DNA of 64,000 nucleotides, from NCBI GenBank assembly GCA_964606485.1, contig CAZSGP010000002.1, forward strand, positions 74,766 through 138,765. Direction: 5' to 3'. The DNA is from an uncultured Planctomycetia bacterium. Lineage in GTDB: Bacteria > Omnitrophota > Gorgyraeia > 2-02-FULL-51-18. The position numbers were made by a program, and so were the translations under genes. This document shows, one piece after another, positions 1-9,414 of the stretch. Within the stretch, counting starts at the first letter, position 1; each line of letters opens with the position of its first letter. The notes under the pieces are model-generated. The model saw only the letters and a list, made by a program, of their open reading frames with translations, had not been told where the DNA came from and made no database searches.

Positions 1-210
1 AACGGTAAATTCGACACGTTGACTCCGTCCACCAAAATTTCCCCGCTGTCGGGCTGAATCAAACCAATGGTGTGCTTTAAAAAAACACTTTTCCCACAAC
101 CGGAGCGACCAATAATCACGAGCGTCTCACCCTTTCGAACTTCGAGGCTTAGTGAGTTTAAAACCGTTCGCCCGTTAAATGCCTTCACCACATTTTTAGC
201 TTCAATCATA
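1..210 (-). CDS. mlaF: ABC transporter ATP-binding protein, N-terminal part (continues past window start); MlaF-like
   Basis: Reverse-complement translation from 210 downward gives MIEAKNVVKAFNGRTVLNSLSLEVRKGETLVIIGRSGCGKSVFLKH..., with a Walker A motif (GRSGCGKS). It sits immediately downstream of the MlaE-like permease. Confidence 0.75.
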
Positions 211-217
211 AGATTGC

Positions 218-997
218 TCATGCGATGAAATAAAAAATCATTGTGAATAAAGCATCTGACGCAATGATAAGAATAAACGACGTCACGACCGCCTTGGTCG
301 TTGCGTTGCCAACTCCTTCAGCACCACCCTCCACCCGCATTCCCTCAAAGCAAGCAATGGTTGAGATGATGGACGCAAAAATGAGCGACTTGAATAGACC
401 GGTAAAAATATCCTTTAGAACCAGGGGGTCAAAACTCATTCGAATGTACAACGCATGCGTTAATCCCAATTTATAAACACAAACCAAATACCCCCCAAAA
501 ATACCGATCATGTCGGCGTAGATGGTTAGAAGCGGGAGCATGGTAAAGAGCGCAATGAATCGCGGGGTTACAAGGTATTTAATTGGATTTGCGGCAAGCG
601 TTTCGAGCGCGTCAATCTGCTCGGTGACTTTCATACTGCCTAGTTCCGCTGCAATCGAGGCTCCCACACGGCCCGCAACCACAAGCGCCGTGAGCATGGG
701 GCCGATCTCGCGCGTCATGGAAATGGAAACAAGGCTAGGGATATACATCTTCGCTCCCACCTTGCTCATTTGATAAGCACTTTGAAAAGCAATGACAACA
801 CCGATAAAAAGACTCGTCAGCGTTGCAATGGGGAGAGAATCCACACCAATTTTCACCATTTGTTGGTAGGTCTGCTTCGGTCGAAAGGGCGGCAACGCAA
901 TCCACATCAAAGTCCTTAAAAAGAGCGTGGTGGCACCCCCCGCATAATTGATAAACACCAACCCCTTTTTCCCTGCTTTTAAAATAAACTCTTTCAA
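218..997 (-). CDS. mlaE: MlaE/YrbE-family ABC transporter permease (phospholipid transport)
   Basis: 259-aa polytopic protein with strong family resemblance (…GVDSLPIATLTSLFIGVVIAFQ…EQIDALETLAANPIKYLV…). An ABC ATPase lies downstream. Confidence 0.85.
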   Translation of the reverse strand: MKEFILKAGKKGLVFINYAGGATTLFLRTLMWIALPPFRPKQTYQQMVKIGVDSLPIATLTSLFIGVVIAFQSAYQMSKVGAKMYIPSLVSISMTREIGPMLTALVVAGRVGASIAAELGSMKVTEQIDALETLAANPIKYLVTPRFIALFTMLPLLTIYADMIGIFGGYLVCVYKLGLTHALYIRMSFDPLVLKDIFTGLFKSLIFASIISTIACFEGMRVEGGAEGVGNATTKAVVTSFILIIASDALFTMIFYFIA

Positions 998-1006
998 AAA
1001 ATCTCC

Positions 1007-2458
1007 TTAAAATTTCATCTTATGCTCAACGCCGACGATTTCTTCGTCTTGACGAACGTCCACTTTAATCGACTCCTGACCCAGCAGACGGTATTCAAAA
1101 CCAACTTCCACCTTCTGCTTTTCAGGATCTTCATTTAAAACATCGCTTTCATCTTGGTTAAACTTCCGGAAACGTACTTTTGCGCCGTCGCTGAGCGAGT
1201 GTTCCATCACAAACTCAGTCTTGTCGTTAAAATCCTTCGGGCGGCTAAATTCCCAATTTTCCGTCACAACCGTTTCTTGCGCGGAGCCTCCGGCAACCAA
1301 TGCCCGGTAGGTGTGGCCTTTAAATAAATCTTTCACTTCGAGCGACGCATCTGGAATTTTCATAGAGGAGCCGTCCTCTAAAATCATACGCGAGCCGGTG
1401 AGTCGAACAAGTGGATAAGCACCTGTCGCATTGATCACCATGGACTTAAACCGCCGCTCACTCACCCAGCCGTCATAAATACTCACATGCGCGTCCACCG
1501 CAGGCGCCCAGGGGCTTCCTGAAAACCGCAAATCCAAATCCACGCTGCCCGATTGCGTCATATGTTTATCGGCGTTTAAAAATTCAGCCACGTTCGAAAG
1601 TGGGAAATTCGTTGCCTTGAGCTGAAGATCTAGCGCAAAGTCTTCGAGAAAATCAACCTTCCCATCCAAATGAACCCCACCCAATAAATCAGTGCTATGA
1701 ATTTCAAACTTTTCCGAGGAGAAAGAAAAATCAAAAGAAGATTCGCGGCTCATCGGCTTCCAGTCCACCACGGTTCCTTCGGTTTTAAACTGCCCCACGA
1801 ACGAATTGCTATCAAAACGGTCCCCCGACTCAAAATGACCGCTCGCGCGCAACACCGTCGAAAAATCTGCACCGTTTAAATTCATGTGAGAGACCGGTAA
1901 TTGCAATTCAAACGAGTCATCCACAAAACTAATATCCACACCCTCAAATTTCATGGGCGGATTTCCAATAGAAAGGTTCATACCCTCAATTTCCACACGA
2001 ATCCGGTTTTTTTGGGAAACAAGCCAATCCTTGAGCCACTCCATAAAACGAAAACGGGTTTTTCGTAAGCCCACTCGCGGATGCCAAAATATCTCCGGTT
2101 TCTTAAAGCTGATTGTTAATTTTGAATGAGTGTTTTTAGAAATAATATCCATGAAACTATATTGGAAGACAATGGATTTTGCTTTAAAAAGCAAGGATTG
2201 ATCGACGGACATAGAGGCCTGACGGATTTCTAGGTCATCAAATGCGATCATTCCAAAAATATTCCCTCGAATGTGGCCAATGTGGATATCCAGATCCGCT
2301 CCACGACTCACAGCGGATTCGAGGATTCGCGTAGACTCGCGGATCAACAATTCTTTACGCTCTTTCACAGCAAAAAAAAGAAGCGCCAAGAGAACGGTTA
2401 GAATTAGTAATTTCAGAAACCATTTTCTGCGCTTCTGAGATTTAGTAGCTGAGATCAA
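1007..2458 (-). CDS. hypothetical membrane-anchored beta-rich protein (possibly AsmA-like)
   Basis: N-terminal basic stretch plus a single TM helix (WFLKLLILTVLLALLFFAV). The rest is predicted periplasmic and beta-rich. No confident family. The ORF overlaps the clpC stop by 4 bp. Confidence 0.5.
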   Translation of the reverse strand: MISATKSQKRRKWFLKLLILTVLLALLFFAVKERKELLIRESTRILESAVSRGADLDIHIGHIRGNIFGMIAFDDLEIRQASMSVDQSLLFKAKSIVFQYSFMDIISKNTHSKLTISFKKPEIFWHPRVGLRKTRFRFMEWLKDWLVSQKNRIRVEIEGMNLSIGNPPMKFEGVDISFVDDSFELQLPVSHMNLNGADFSTVLRASGHFESGDRFDSNSFVGQFKTEGTVVDWKPMSRESSFDFSFSSEKFEIHSTDLLGGVHLDGKVDFLEDFALDLQLKATNFPLSNVAEFLNADKHMTQSGSVDLDLRFSGSPWAPAVDAHVSIYDGWVSERRFKSMVINATGAYPLVRLTGSRMILEDGSSMKIPDASLEVKDLFKGHTYRALVAGGSAQETVVTENWEFSRPKDFNDKTEFVMEHSLSDGAKVRFRKFNQDESDVLNEDPEKQKVEVGFEYRLLGQESIKVDVRQDEEIVGVEHKMKF

Positions 2459-4959
2459 CGCGCAACTTTGGCGGCACCCTGCTCAAACGACAGGTGCTCC
2501 TCGTCTTTGACCGTAATGAGAATCATTTCATTAGGCTTTATGCGCTTGGCGATCAACTCTTCGGCCATTGGATCCTCAACGTAGCGCTGAATCGTGCGCT
2601 TGAGAGGCCGCGCACCATAAGCTTGGTCAAAGCCTTTGTTTATTAAGAATTCTTTGGCCTTTTCATCGAGCTGAATTTCGATTTCACGCTCGCTCAAACG
2701 CTTGCGGAGATTATTGATTTCGATATCGATAATCTTTTCAAGATCCTGGCGAGTCAAGCGCTGGAACACGACCGTGTCATCGACGCGGTTCAGAAATTCG
2801 GGCTTAAACGCCTTTTTAACTTCGTCCATCAAACGATACTTCATATCTTTGTGATCCGTAGGATTTTCGGATGTCTTAAAACCAATGCTCCCCTGCTTCC
2901 TCAAAAGATCCGCGCCGATGTTGGACGTCATGATGAGAAGCACGTTCCGAAAATCGACTTTGCGACCCAAGGAATCCGTAAGCCGGCCCTCTTCGAGAAC
3001 CTGAAGCAGCATATTAAAAACATCCGGGTGTGCTTTTTCAATTTCATCCAGCAGCACAATGCAATACGGCCGACGACGAATGCGCTCCGTGAGCTGGCCG
3101 CCCTCTTCGTAACCCACGTATCCGGGAGGTGCTCCCACAAGACGCGAAACGTTAAATTTTTCCATGTACTCGGACATATCAAAAGTAATCAGCGCATTTT
3201 CATCGCCAAACATAAATTCAGCCAAGGCCCGCGCGAGTAACGTTTTTCCAACGCCGGTGGGTCCTAGGAATATAAATGACCCAATCGGGCGGCGGGGATC
3301 TTTAAGCCCTGCGCGTGAACGACGAACCGCGTGTGCAATAGCAGAGATCGCTTCTTCCTGACCCACCACATGGCCTCTTAAGTCATCTTCCATGCGCAAA
3401 AGACGGTTGCTTTCTTTTTCTTCAAGACGGGTAATCGGAATATTCGTGATCTTTGCAATCACTTTGGCAATCTCGTCTTCACCGATCTCAATTTCAATTT
3501 TAGAACGGGATTCAATCCACTCTTTTTTGGTGCGATCGAGCAATTTCTTGGCTTCGCGTTCTTGATCGCGAAGTGCCGCCGCCTTTTCAAAATCCTGCTC
3601 TTTGATGGTGTCTTCTTTTTCGCGGCGAATCACTTCGAGCCGTTTCTCCAAATCTTTGACCTCGGGGGGTGACGCGTGCGTTGAAAGACGGGCATGAGCA
3701 CCGGCTTCATCAATCACGTCAATGGCCTTATCTGGCAGAAAGCGCCCGGAAATATAACGGTCTGAAAGTTTTGCTGCCGCTTCAATGGCGGAGTCCAGAA
3801 AACGAACTTTGTGATGAGCTTCATATTTGTCACGAAGACCGCGTAAAATTAAAATAGTTTCTTCCACCGATGGCGGTTCCACCATGATGGTTTGAAAGCG
3901 CCTCTCAAGAGCTGCGTCTTTTTCGATGTATTTGCGGTATTCATCAAGAGTGGTCGCGCCAATGCACTGCAACTCGCCGCGCGCTAAGGCCGGCTTTAAA
4001 ATGTTGGAGGCGTCAATGGCGCCCTCCGCTCCACCCGCACCCACCAGCGTGTGAAGTTCGTCCACGAAAATAATAATATTGTCCGAGCGTTTAATCTCAT
4101 CCATCACCGCCTTGATGCGCTCTTCAAATTGACCGCGGTACTTTGTGCCGGCAACCATGAGCGCTAAGTCGAGCGAGATCACGCGTTTATTTTTTAAAAT
4201 TTCAGGAACGTCACCGCTAATGACTTTCTGGGCGAGCCCTTCTACGATGGCGGATTTTCCAACACCCGCTTCTCCTAAAAGAACCGGGTTATTTTTACGG
4301 CGGCGCGAAAGCGTTTGCATGACACGCTCGATTTCATCTTCACGACCAATCACAGGATCTAATTTTCCGTCTTTGGCAAGCTTCGTAAAATCGCGTCCAA
4401 AAGCGTCAAGCGCGGGCGTCTTCACTTTGCTCGACGAAGAAGATCCTCCGCCGCTGGAAGCTCCGGGTGGCGGTGCTGCCGGTCCTTGCGCAGGTGGCGG
4501 CGTATACGGCGAGCCCGGTGTGGTGGATCCTAAAAGTTTAATGACTTCTTCGCGAACTTTTTCGAGATCGAGTCCCATGTTCATAAATACGAGACTCGCT
4601 ACTCCTTCGCCCTCGCGGATCAGACCTAAAAGCAAGTGCTCGGTCCCAATATAATTGTGCCCTAGCGTGCGGGCTTCTTCCATCGCAAGCTCCATTACTT
4701 TTTTGGCTTTGGGAGTGAACGGCAAATCTCCCGTGACAACAGTGGTGGGGCCCGCCTGAACGAGCTTTTCAACTTCTAAGCGAATGTTGTTTAAATTCAT
4801 GCCGAGGCTTTGCAAAACCGCCGCAGCTACACCCTCTCCTTCACGCAGAAGGCCTAAAAGAATGTGTTCGGTTCCAATGTAATCGTGGTTAAAGCGCTTG
4901 GCTTCTTGCTTGGCGAGTAAAATGACTTTGCGGGCGCGTTCTGTAAATTTGTTAAACAT
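2455..4959 (-). CDS. clpC: ATP-dependent Clp protease ATP-binding subunit ClpC (two Clp_N repeats, D1 and D2 AAA+ domains, UVR motif)
   Basis: N-terminal [40 protein letters not shown] repeated twice. Two Walker A sites ([15 protein letters not shown] and [15 protein letters not shown]) and a UVR-like [29 protein letters not shown]-rich insert lies between the N-domain and D1. Confidence 0.95.
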   Translation of the reverse strand: MFNKFTERARKVILLAKQEAKRFNHDYIGTEHILLGLLREGEGVAAAVLQSLGMNLNNIRLEVEKLVQAGPTTVVTGDLPFTPKAKKVMELAMEEARTLGHNYIGTEHLLLGLIREGEGVASLVFMNMGLDLEKVREEVIKLLGSTTPGSPYTPPPAQGPAAPPPGASSGGGSSSSSKVKTPALDAFGRDFTKLAKDGKLDPVIGREDEIERVMQTLSRRRKNNPVLLGEAGVGKSAIVEGLAQKVISGDVPEILKNKRVISLDLALMVAGTKYRGQFEERIKAVMDEIKRSDNIIIFVDELHTLVGAGGAEGAIDASNILKPALARGELQCIGATTLDEYRKYIEKDAALERRFQTIMVEPPSVEETILILRGLRDKYEAHHKVRFLDSAIEAAAKLSDRYISGRFLPDKAIDVIDEAGAHARLSTHASPPEVKDLEKRLEVIRREKEDTIKEQDFEKAAALRDQEREAKKLLDRTKKEWIESRSKIEIEIGEDEIAKVIAKITNIPITRLEEKESNRLLRMEDDLRGHVVGQEEAISAIAHAVRRSRAGLKDPRRPIGSFIFLGPTGVGKTLLARALAEFMFGDENALITFDMSEYMEKFNVSRLVGAPPGYVGYEEGGQLTERIRRRPYCIVLLDEIEKAHPDVFNMLLQVLEEGRLTDSLGRKVDFRNVLLIMTSNIGADLLRKQGSIGFKTSENPTDHKDMKYRLMDEVKKAFKPEFLNRVDDTVVFQRLTRQDLEKIIDIEINNLRKRLSEREIEIQLDEKAKEFLINKGFDQAYGARPLKRTIQRYVEDPMAEELIAKRIKPNEMILITVKDEEHLSFEQGAAKVAR

Positions 4960-5025
4960 ACATTCTCCGTTTCATAACAATCTAATTTATCAATTATAAA
5001 CGATTTTAACAAATAATGCTAATTT

Positions 5026-6078
5026 TTAGCGGCCTTCGAGTCTTCTCCGGATCAAATTGGCTCGTTTTACGTCCCGCTGAGCGGAGCTTAAGAGCCTGCC
5101 TTCAATGCGTTGCAAATGCGCAGGTTGCGTCAAAATAAAAAGCTCATTGACGGCGCGGCGGTCGATGTCTTCGATGAGACCCATATCGACCCCCAAACGA
5201 ACCATGGACAAAAGCCCCATCGTTTCCTTGGTATTAATGATATATGCCGAACGCAGCGTTCCGTTCGCGCGCCAAATTTTGTCTTGGAGCACTTCTCGGT
5301 TTTGCTTCATCAACGTTTTACGTGCATTCTCTTCGTGGCCGATCACCTGGCGAATAATTCTTTCCAGGTTATCAATGATGTCCTCTTCGGAGGAGCCGAG
5401 TGTAACTTGATTGGAAATTTGAAAAAAGTTTCCTTCCGCCTCAGTCCCCTCGCCGTAAAGACCTCGAGCCGTCATTCCAAGTTTCGTGATGGCCTGCAAC
5501 ACTTTTTGAATTTGCTTTGTCATGACGAGGGCTGGCAAATGCAGCATCACCGAAGCGCGAAGCCCTGTACCTGCGTTCGTAGGGCATGCCGTCAGAAACC
5601 CCCAGTCGGAGTCGTATGCAAATTTAATTTTTTTGGTGAGCGAGTCATCGATGCGGTTAGCAATTCTCCAACTTTCCTGGAGATTGAATCCGGACTGCAT
5701 CACCTGAATGCGCAGATGATCTTCTTCGTTGATCATGACACTCACCACTTCTTTGTCACCCACAACAGCCGCTTTGAACTCCGGATGAACAATCAGCTCG
5801 CGACTAATCAAATGGCGCTCGAGCATGAACTGCTTGTCGACATCATCCAGCTCCACCATTTTGATATAAAGCGAGCCGACCATCAGGTCAATTCCGGAAA
5901 TTGATTTTTCAAGATAATCGAGCGATTCTTTTTCCTGTTTTTTATTGGACCAATGCGTAAAGGGTGTTCCGTCTAAATTACGGGCCAGTCTCACGCGCGA
6001 GCTGAGCACGATGTCAGAGTTAGGTCCGGTTCCCTTTAACCATTCGCAGGTCTGCTTAATCAGGTGATCGATTTTCAT
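5026..6078 (-). CDS. mcsB: protein arginine kinase McsB (ATP:guanido phosphotransferase family)
   Basis: Phosphagen-kinase signature CPTNAGTGLRASVMLHLPAL. 350 aa. Positioned between mcsA and clpC. Confidence 0.9.
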   Translation of the reverse strand: MKIDHLIKQTCEWLKGTGPNSDIVLSSRVRLARNLDGTPFTHWSNKKQEKESLDYLEKSISGIDLMVGSLYIKMVELDDVDKQFMLERHLISRELIVHPEFKAAVVGDKEVVSVMINEEDHLRIQVMQSGFNLQESWRIANRIDDSLTKKIKFAYDSDWGFLTACPTNAGTGLRASVMLHLPALVMTKQIQKVLQAITKLGMTARGLYGEGTEAEGNFFQISNQVTLGSSEEDIIDNLERIIRQVIGHEENARKTLMKQNREVLQDKIWRANGTLRSAYIINTKETMGLLSMVRLGVDMGLIEDIDRRAVNELFILTQPAHLQRIEGRLLSSAQRDVKRANLIRRRLEGR

Positions 6079-6608
6079 TTGGCTTTCTGCTCTTTTAATT
6101 TATTTTCTAAAAATTGAATTTTGTCGCGAAGAGCCGCAGCCTCTTCAAACTCTTCTTTTTTAATCGCCTTGGTCAAGAGATCCTTGGCTTGCTGAAGTTC
6201 TTCGTGAACCTTGGAGTGCGCCTTCTGCTCTTTCATGCTCTCTTCGTTCTGAGATTTCCCTAAATGCGTTGTGGACCCATGAATGCGTTTTAAGAGTGGC
6301 GTGAGATTGGTCCGGAAACTGTTGTAACATTTGCTGCATCCGAGCCGGCCCATTTTTTTAAAGTCTTCGTAAACCATGCCGCAGGATGCGCATTTTAATT
6401 TCGAAACGGCTGGCGCTCCGGTCGTAGGATTTTTGGGCTCCACGTCCGAGAGAGCCGCTAGTAAATCGGCGATTCCAAAATGCTGCTCCACGTCCGAGCC
6501 TTTTTCTTTGGCGCAAGACTCGCAGAGATTCAGCTTTGAAACCTGTTCGTTGACAATTTCGGTTAGATGGACTGTTGCTTTATTTTTCCCGCATTCATCA
6601 CACAGCAT
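6075..6608 (-). CDS. mcsA: McsA-like activator of protein arginine kinase (CxxC zinc-finger pairs plus C-terminal UVR motif)
   Basis: MLCDECGKNKATVHLTEI…CESCAKEKG and a second CASCG…CSKC pair. C-terminal EEFEEAAALRDKIQFLENKL UVR motif. Overlaps mcsB by 4 bp. Confidence 0.85.
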   Translation of the reverse strand: MLCDECGKNKATVHLTEIVNEQVSKLNLCESCAKEKGSDVEQHFGIADLLAALSDVEPKNPTTGAPAVSKLKCASCGMVYEDFKKMGRLGCSKCYNSFRTNLTPLLKRIHGSTTHLGKSQNEESMKEQKAHSKVHEELQQAKDLLTKAIKKEEFEEAAALRDKIQFLENKLKEQKAK

Positions 6609-7476
6609 AACGGGTGCCTTCCTTGGTGGTGACTTTGTGGAAAGCCTCTATCAGTTTGAGCGTTGTTTTGCCTGGTTTTCCTTCACCAATCAAGCGATGG
6701 TCAATTTTAGAAATTGGCACAATTTCCGCCGCGGTTCCCGTCAAAAACACTTCATCGGCCGTGTAAAGATCATGACGCGTGAAAGGTGTTTCCTTCACTT
6801 CAAATCCCATTTGCCCAGCGAGTCGCATGGCCACGTCGCGCGTAATTCCTTTAAGGATTCCCACATACGGCGGCGGCGTCACAAGCGTTTTTCCTTTGAT
6901 ATAAAAAATATTTTCGCCGGTGCACTCGGTGACATAGCCCTGGGCGTTGAGCAGAATAGCTTCGCTCACCCCTGCGTTGATCGCTTCGATTTTTGCGAGA
7001 ATGTTATTGAGATAGTTCAAGGTTTTGAGTTGCGGGTTGAGCGCCTCCGGATGATTGCGCGTGGTCGCGACCGTCACAATCTCTAAGCCTTTTTCGTAAA
7101 ACTCTTTCGGGTAGAGCGCGATTTTATCGGCGATGATGAAAACAGTCGCCACTTTGCACTTGCGCGGATCAAGCCCCAGGTCTCCCACGCCGCGCGTCAC
7201 CACCAAACGAATGTAAGCATCTTTTAGTTTGTTGGCTTGAAGCGTTTGCACCACCGCTTTTTCCATTTCCTTCTTCGAGAGAGGAATTTCGAGCTTCAGC
7301 GTTTTCGCAGATTCCCAAAGCCGGTCCAAATGTTCGTCGAGTTTAAAAACGAGGCCATTGTACGAGCGAATTCCCTCGAACACGCCGTCGCCGTACAACA
7401 AGCCGTGATCAAACACACTCACCACGGCATTCTCTTTGTCCACCAAACGATCATTTAGAAAAATTTTAAGGCTCAT
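6598..7476 (-). CDS. ilvE: branched-chain amino acid aminotransferase (class IV PLP fold)
   Basis: 292 aa with VFDHGLLYGDGVFEGIRSY near the N-terminus and a fold-type IV C-terminal region. Overlaps the mcsA start by 11 bp. Confidence 0.85.
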   Translation of the reverse strand: MSLKIFLNDRLVDKENAVVSVFDHGLLYGDGVFEGIRSYNGLVFKLDEHLDRLWESAKTLKLEIPLSKKEMEKAVVQTLQANKLKDAYIRLVVTRGVGDLGLDPRKCKVATVFIIADKIALYPKEFYEKGLEIVTVATTRNHPEALNPQLKTLNYLNNILAKIEAINAGVSEAILLNAQGYVTECTGENIFYIKGKTLVTPPPYVGILKGITRDVAMRLAGQMGFEVKETPFTRHDLYTADEVFLTGTAAEIVPISKIDHRLIGEGKPGKTTLKLIEAFHKVTTKEGTRYAV

Positions 7477-7482
7477 ATTTTA

Positions 7483-8157
7483 TTAATCCCATTTTTTATC
7501 AACAATGTTCCAAACTCTGTCTGATACTTTCGCGATGCGCTCATCATGCGTCACGATCACCACTGTTTTTTTCTCTTGGGTAAAGAGATTTTTGAGAAGC
7601 GAAATAATTTCACTGCCCATCCCCGCGTCCAAATTTCCCGTGGGTTCATCACAAAATAAAATTTTTGGGTCATTCATCAGTGCGCGCGCAATCGCCACGC
7701 GTTGTTGCTCCCCTCCCGACAACTGATCGGGAAAATGCGTTGCGCGATTGCTCAAACCCATTTTTTGAAGAAGGCCTTCGGCTCGGCTACTAATTTCAGC
7801 TTTGGATTTAAGGCTCGTCCCCACCATCGCCGGAATCATCACATTCTCAAGTGCTGTGAGCTCCGGTAAAAGATGATAAAACTGAAACACAAACCCCATG
7901 CTTTGGTTGCGCAGACGCGCCTTTTGAGCTTCGTCCAGACTCTCTAGCCAGACTCCGTTAAACCGAACCCGGCCCTCCGTGGGTCGGTCCAGTCCCGACA
8001 GCAAATTAAGCAGCGTCGTCTTCCCGGTCCCGGACGGTCCCAAGATCGTAACCCCTTGCCCTTCTTCAATTTTCAAAGAAACGCCATGCAGAATTTCGAG
8101 CTTCCGTTGGCCGTCCCAGTATACCTTGCTCAAGCCCTCGGCTTCAATAGTCGTCAT
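7483..8157 (-). CDS. lolD: lipoprotein-releasing system ATP-binding protein LolD (FtsE/MacB-type ABC ATPase)
   Basis: Walker A GPSGTGKTTLLNLL, signature LSGGEQQRVAIARAL, Walker B ILFCDEPTGNLD. Adjacent to the LolC/E-type permease. Confidence 0.85.
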   Translation of the reverse strand: MTTIEAEGLSKVYWDGQRKLEILHGVSLKIEEGQGVTILGPSGTGKTTLLNLLSGLDRPTEGRVRFNGVWLESLDEAQKARLRNQSMGFVFQFYHLLPELTALENVMIPAMVGTSLKSKAEISSRAEGLLQKMGLSNRATHFPDQLSGGEQQRVAIARALMNDPKILFCDEPTGNLDAGMGSEIISLLKNLFTQEKKTVVIVTHDERIAKVSDRVWNIVDKKWD

Positions 8158-9332
8158 GACTTAAGGGCCTTAACGGGGTCCAGTCTGCCGGCTGTCCAAG
8201 CCGGATACACTGAACACGCGAGACTTAAAAGGATCGCCGTTCCTAAAACCAGACTCACATCGACCGGATTCATTCGAACAGGAAGACGGTCGAGATAATA
8301 AATTTCTCTGGGAAGCTGGATGATTGGATAATTTTTAAGCAGAAAACAAATTCCGGAGCCCGCTGCCAGCCCAAGCCCCGAACCCGCCACGCCAATACAC
8401 AGACCGTCTAGCATAAATATTTTGACGATCCCCGACGACGGCACCCCGAAGGATTTTAAGATGCCAATGTCCTTGGCCTTCCCCGTCACTAAAATTGTGA
8501 GGCTCCCTGCAATATTGAGCGAAGCGACTAAAATAATCAGCGCCAAAATTAAAAACATCACGATTTTTTCAAGCTGAAGCGCGCCGAACAAGGTTTGATT
8601 CATTTCCATCCACGTCGAGACAAAATACGGGTAGCCCAATTTTTTCTGATAACTTTTTTTAAACGCATCCGCACCTTCGGAATTTTTAAGCGCCACCGAT
8701 ACGCCGCTGACCTGAGCAGGTAGGGTGAAAAGTTCCTGCGCGCTCGCGAGCGGAATGAATAATAAATTGGCATCGTACTCGTACATGCCGAGTGAAAAAA
8801 TTCCGTCGACGGTAAACATCATTGGCTTGTCTTTATTCTGGGAAAGAATTTGAAATGTTTCGCCGGGACGAATGTGAAGGCGCTTGGCGAGCTCTGTTCC
8901 GAGAATCGCACTGCCAGGTGAAGTGTTTAAATTTCCACGCAGGAGATGTTTAAAAATTTTGGACGTTTTCTTTTCAGCAAGCGGATCAATTCCCCGGACC
9001 AGCACTCCGGTTCCCCACTCGCCGTGCTGGACCAGCGCCTGACCTTCCACAAACGGCGCCGCAGACAAAACGGAAGATTCTTTTTCTAAATTTTGAATGA
9101 CCTGGGGGTAATCCGAAAATCCGCCGTCCTTACTGACAATCGCGTGTGCGCGCGTTCCGATGATGCGGTCTTTTAAATCTTCGTCGAAGCCGCTCATCAC
9201 AGCCATGGTAACAATGAGAGACGCAGTGCCGAGTGCGATTCCGGCAAGGGATACGCCGCTCACCACTCCGACAAATGCGTGACGGCGCTTCGACCAGAGA
9301 TAACGTTTAGCGATGAACCATTCGTATTGCAT
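8154..9332 (-). CDS. lolC: LolC/LolE-family lipoprotein-release permease (MacB-like periplasmic domain plus FtsX 4-TM)
   Basis: 392 aa. N-terminal TM, large periplasmic domain, C-terminal FtsX-like TM bundle. Overlaps lolD by 4 bp. Confidence 0.85.
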   Translation of the reverse strand: MQYEWFIAKRYLWSKRRHAFVGVVSGVSLAGIALGTASLIVTMAVMSGFDEDLKDRIIGTRAHAIVSKDGGFSDYPQVIQNLEKESSVLSAAPFVEGQALVQHGEWGTGVLVRGIDPLAEKKTSKIFKHLLRGNLNTSPGSAILGTELAKRLHIRPGETFQILSQNKDKPMMFTVDGIFSLGMYEYDANLLFIPLASAQELFTLPAQVSGVSVALKNSEGADAFKKSYQKKLGYPYFVSTWMEMNQTLFGALQLEKIVMFLILALIILVASLNIAGSLTILVTGKAKDIGILKSFGVPSSGIVKIFMLDGLCIGVAGSGLGLAAGSGICFLLKNYPIIQLPREIYYLDRLPVRMNPVDVSLVLGTAILLSLACSVYPAWTAGRLDPVKALKS

Positions 9333-9337
9333 GGTTA

Positions 9338-9412
9338 CTGTAGGGGCGCGATTTATCGCGCCCTTCTCTTTGAATGATTCATCGTATTAAAAGTGGGCGC
9401 AATGAATTGCGC
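9338..9412 (-). terminator. nested GC-rich hairpin pair between the lysS 3' end and the lolC start; probable lysS terminator and possible lolC leader structure
   Basis: Two hairpins (gggcgcaattcattgcgccc and gggcgcgataaatcgcgccc on the minus strand) enclosed by an outer inverted repeat gtaggggcgc…gcgcccctac. The first is followed by acuuuuaau. Confidence 0.5.
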
Positions 9413-9414
9413 CC

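Noticed and set aside
2851-4654. Several 60–170-aa ORFs (plus and minus strand) inside the clpC coding region
   Set aside because: They lie antisense to or out of frame with a strongly supported ClpC and show no family features. Typical shadow ORFs of a GC-moderate gene.
4959-5026. CtsR operator (GGTCAAA-N3-GGTCAAA) upstream of clpC and HrcA CIRCE upstream of the operon
   Set aside because: Neither the CtsR direct repeat nor a TTAGCACTC-N9-GAGTGCTAA element is present here. The regions upstream of mcsA and upstream of lolC also lack both. Only a generic AT-rich promoter-like stretch is seen.
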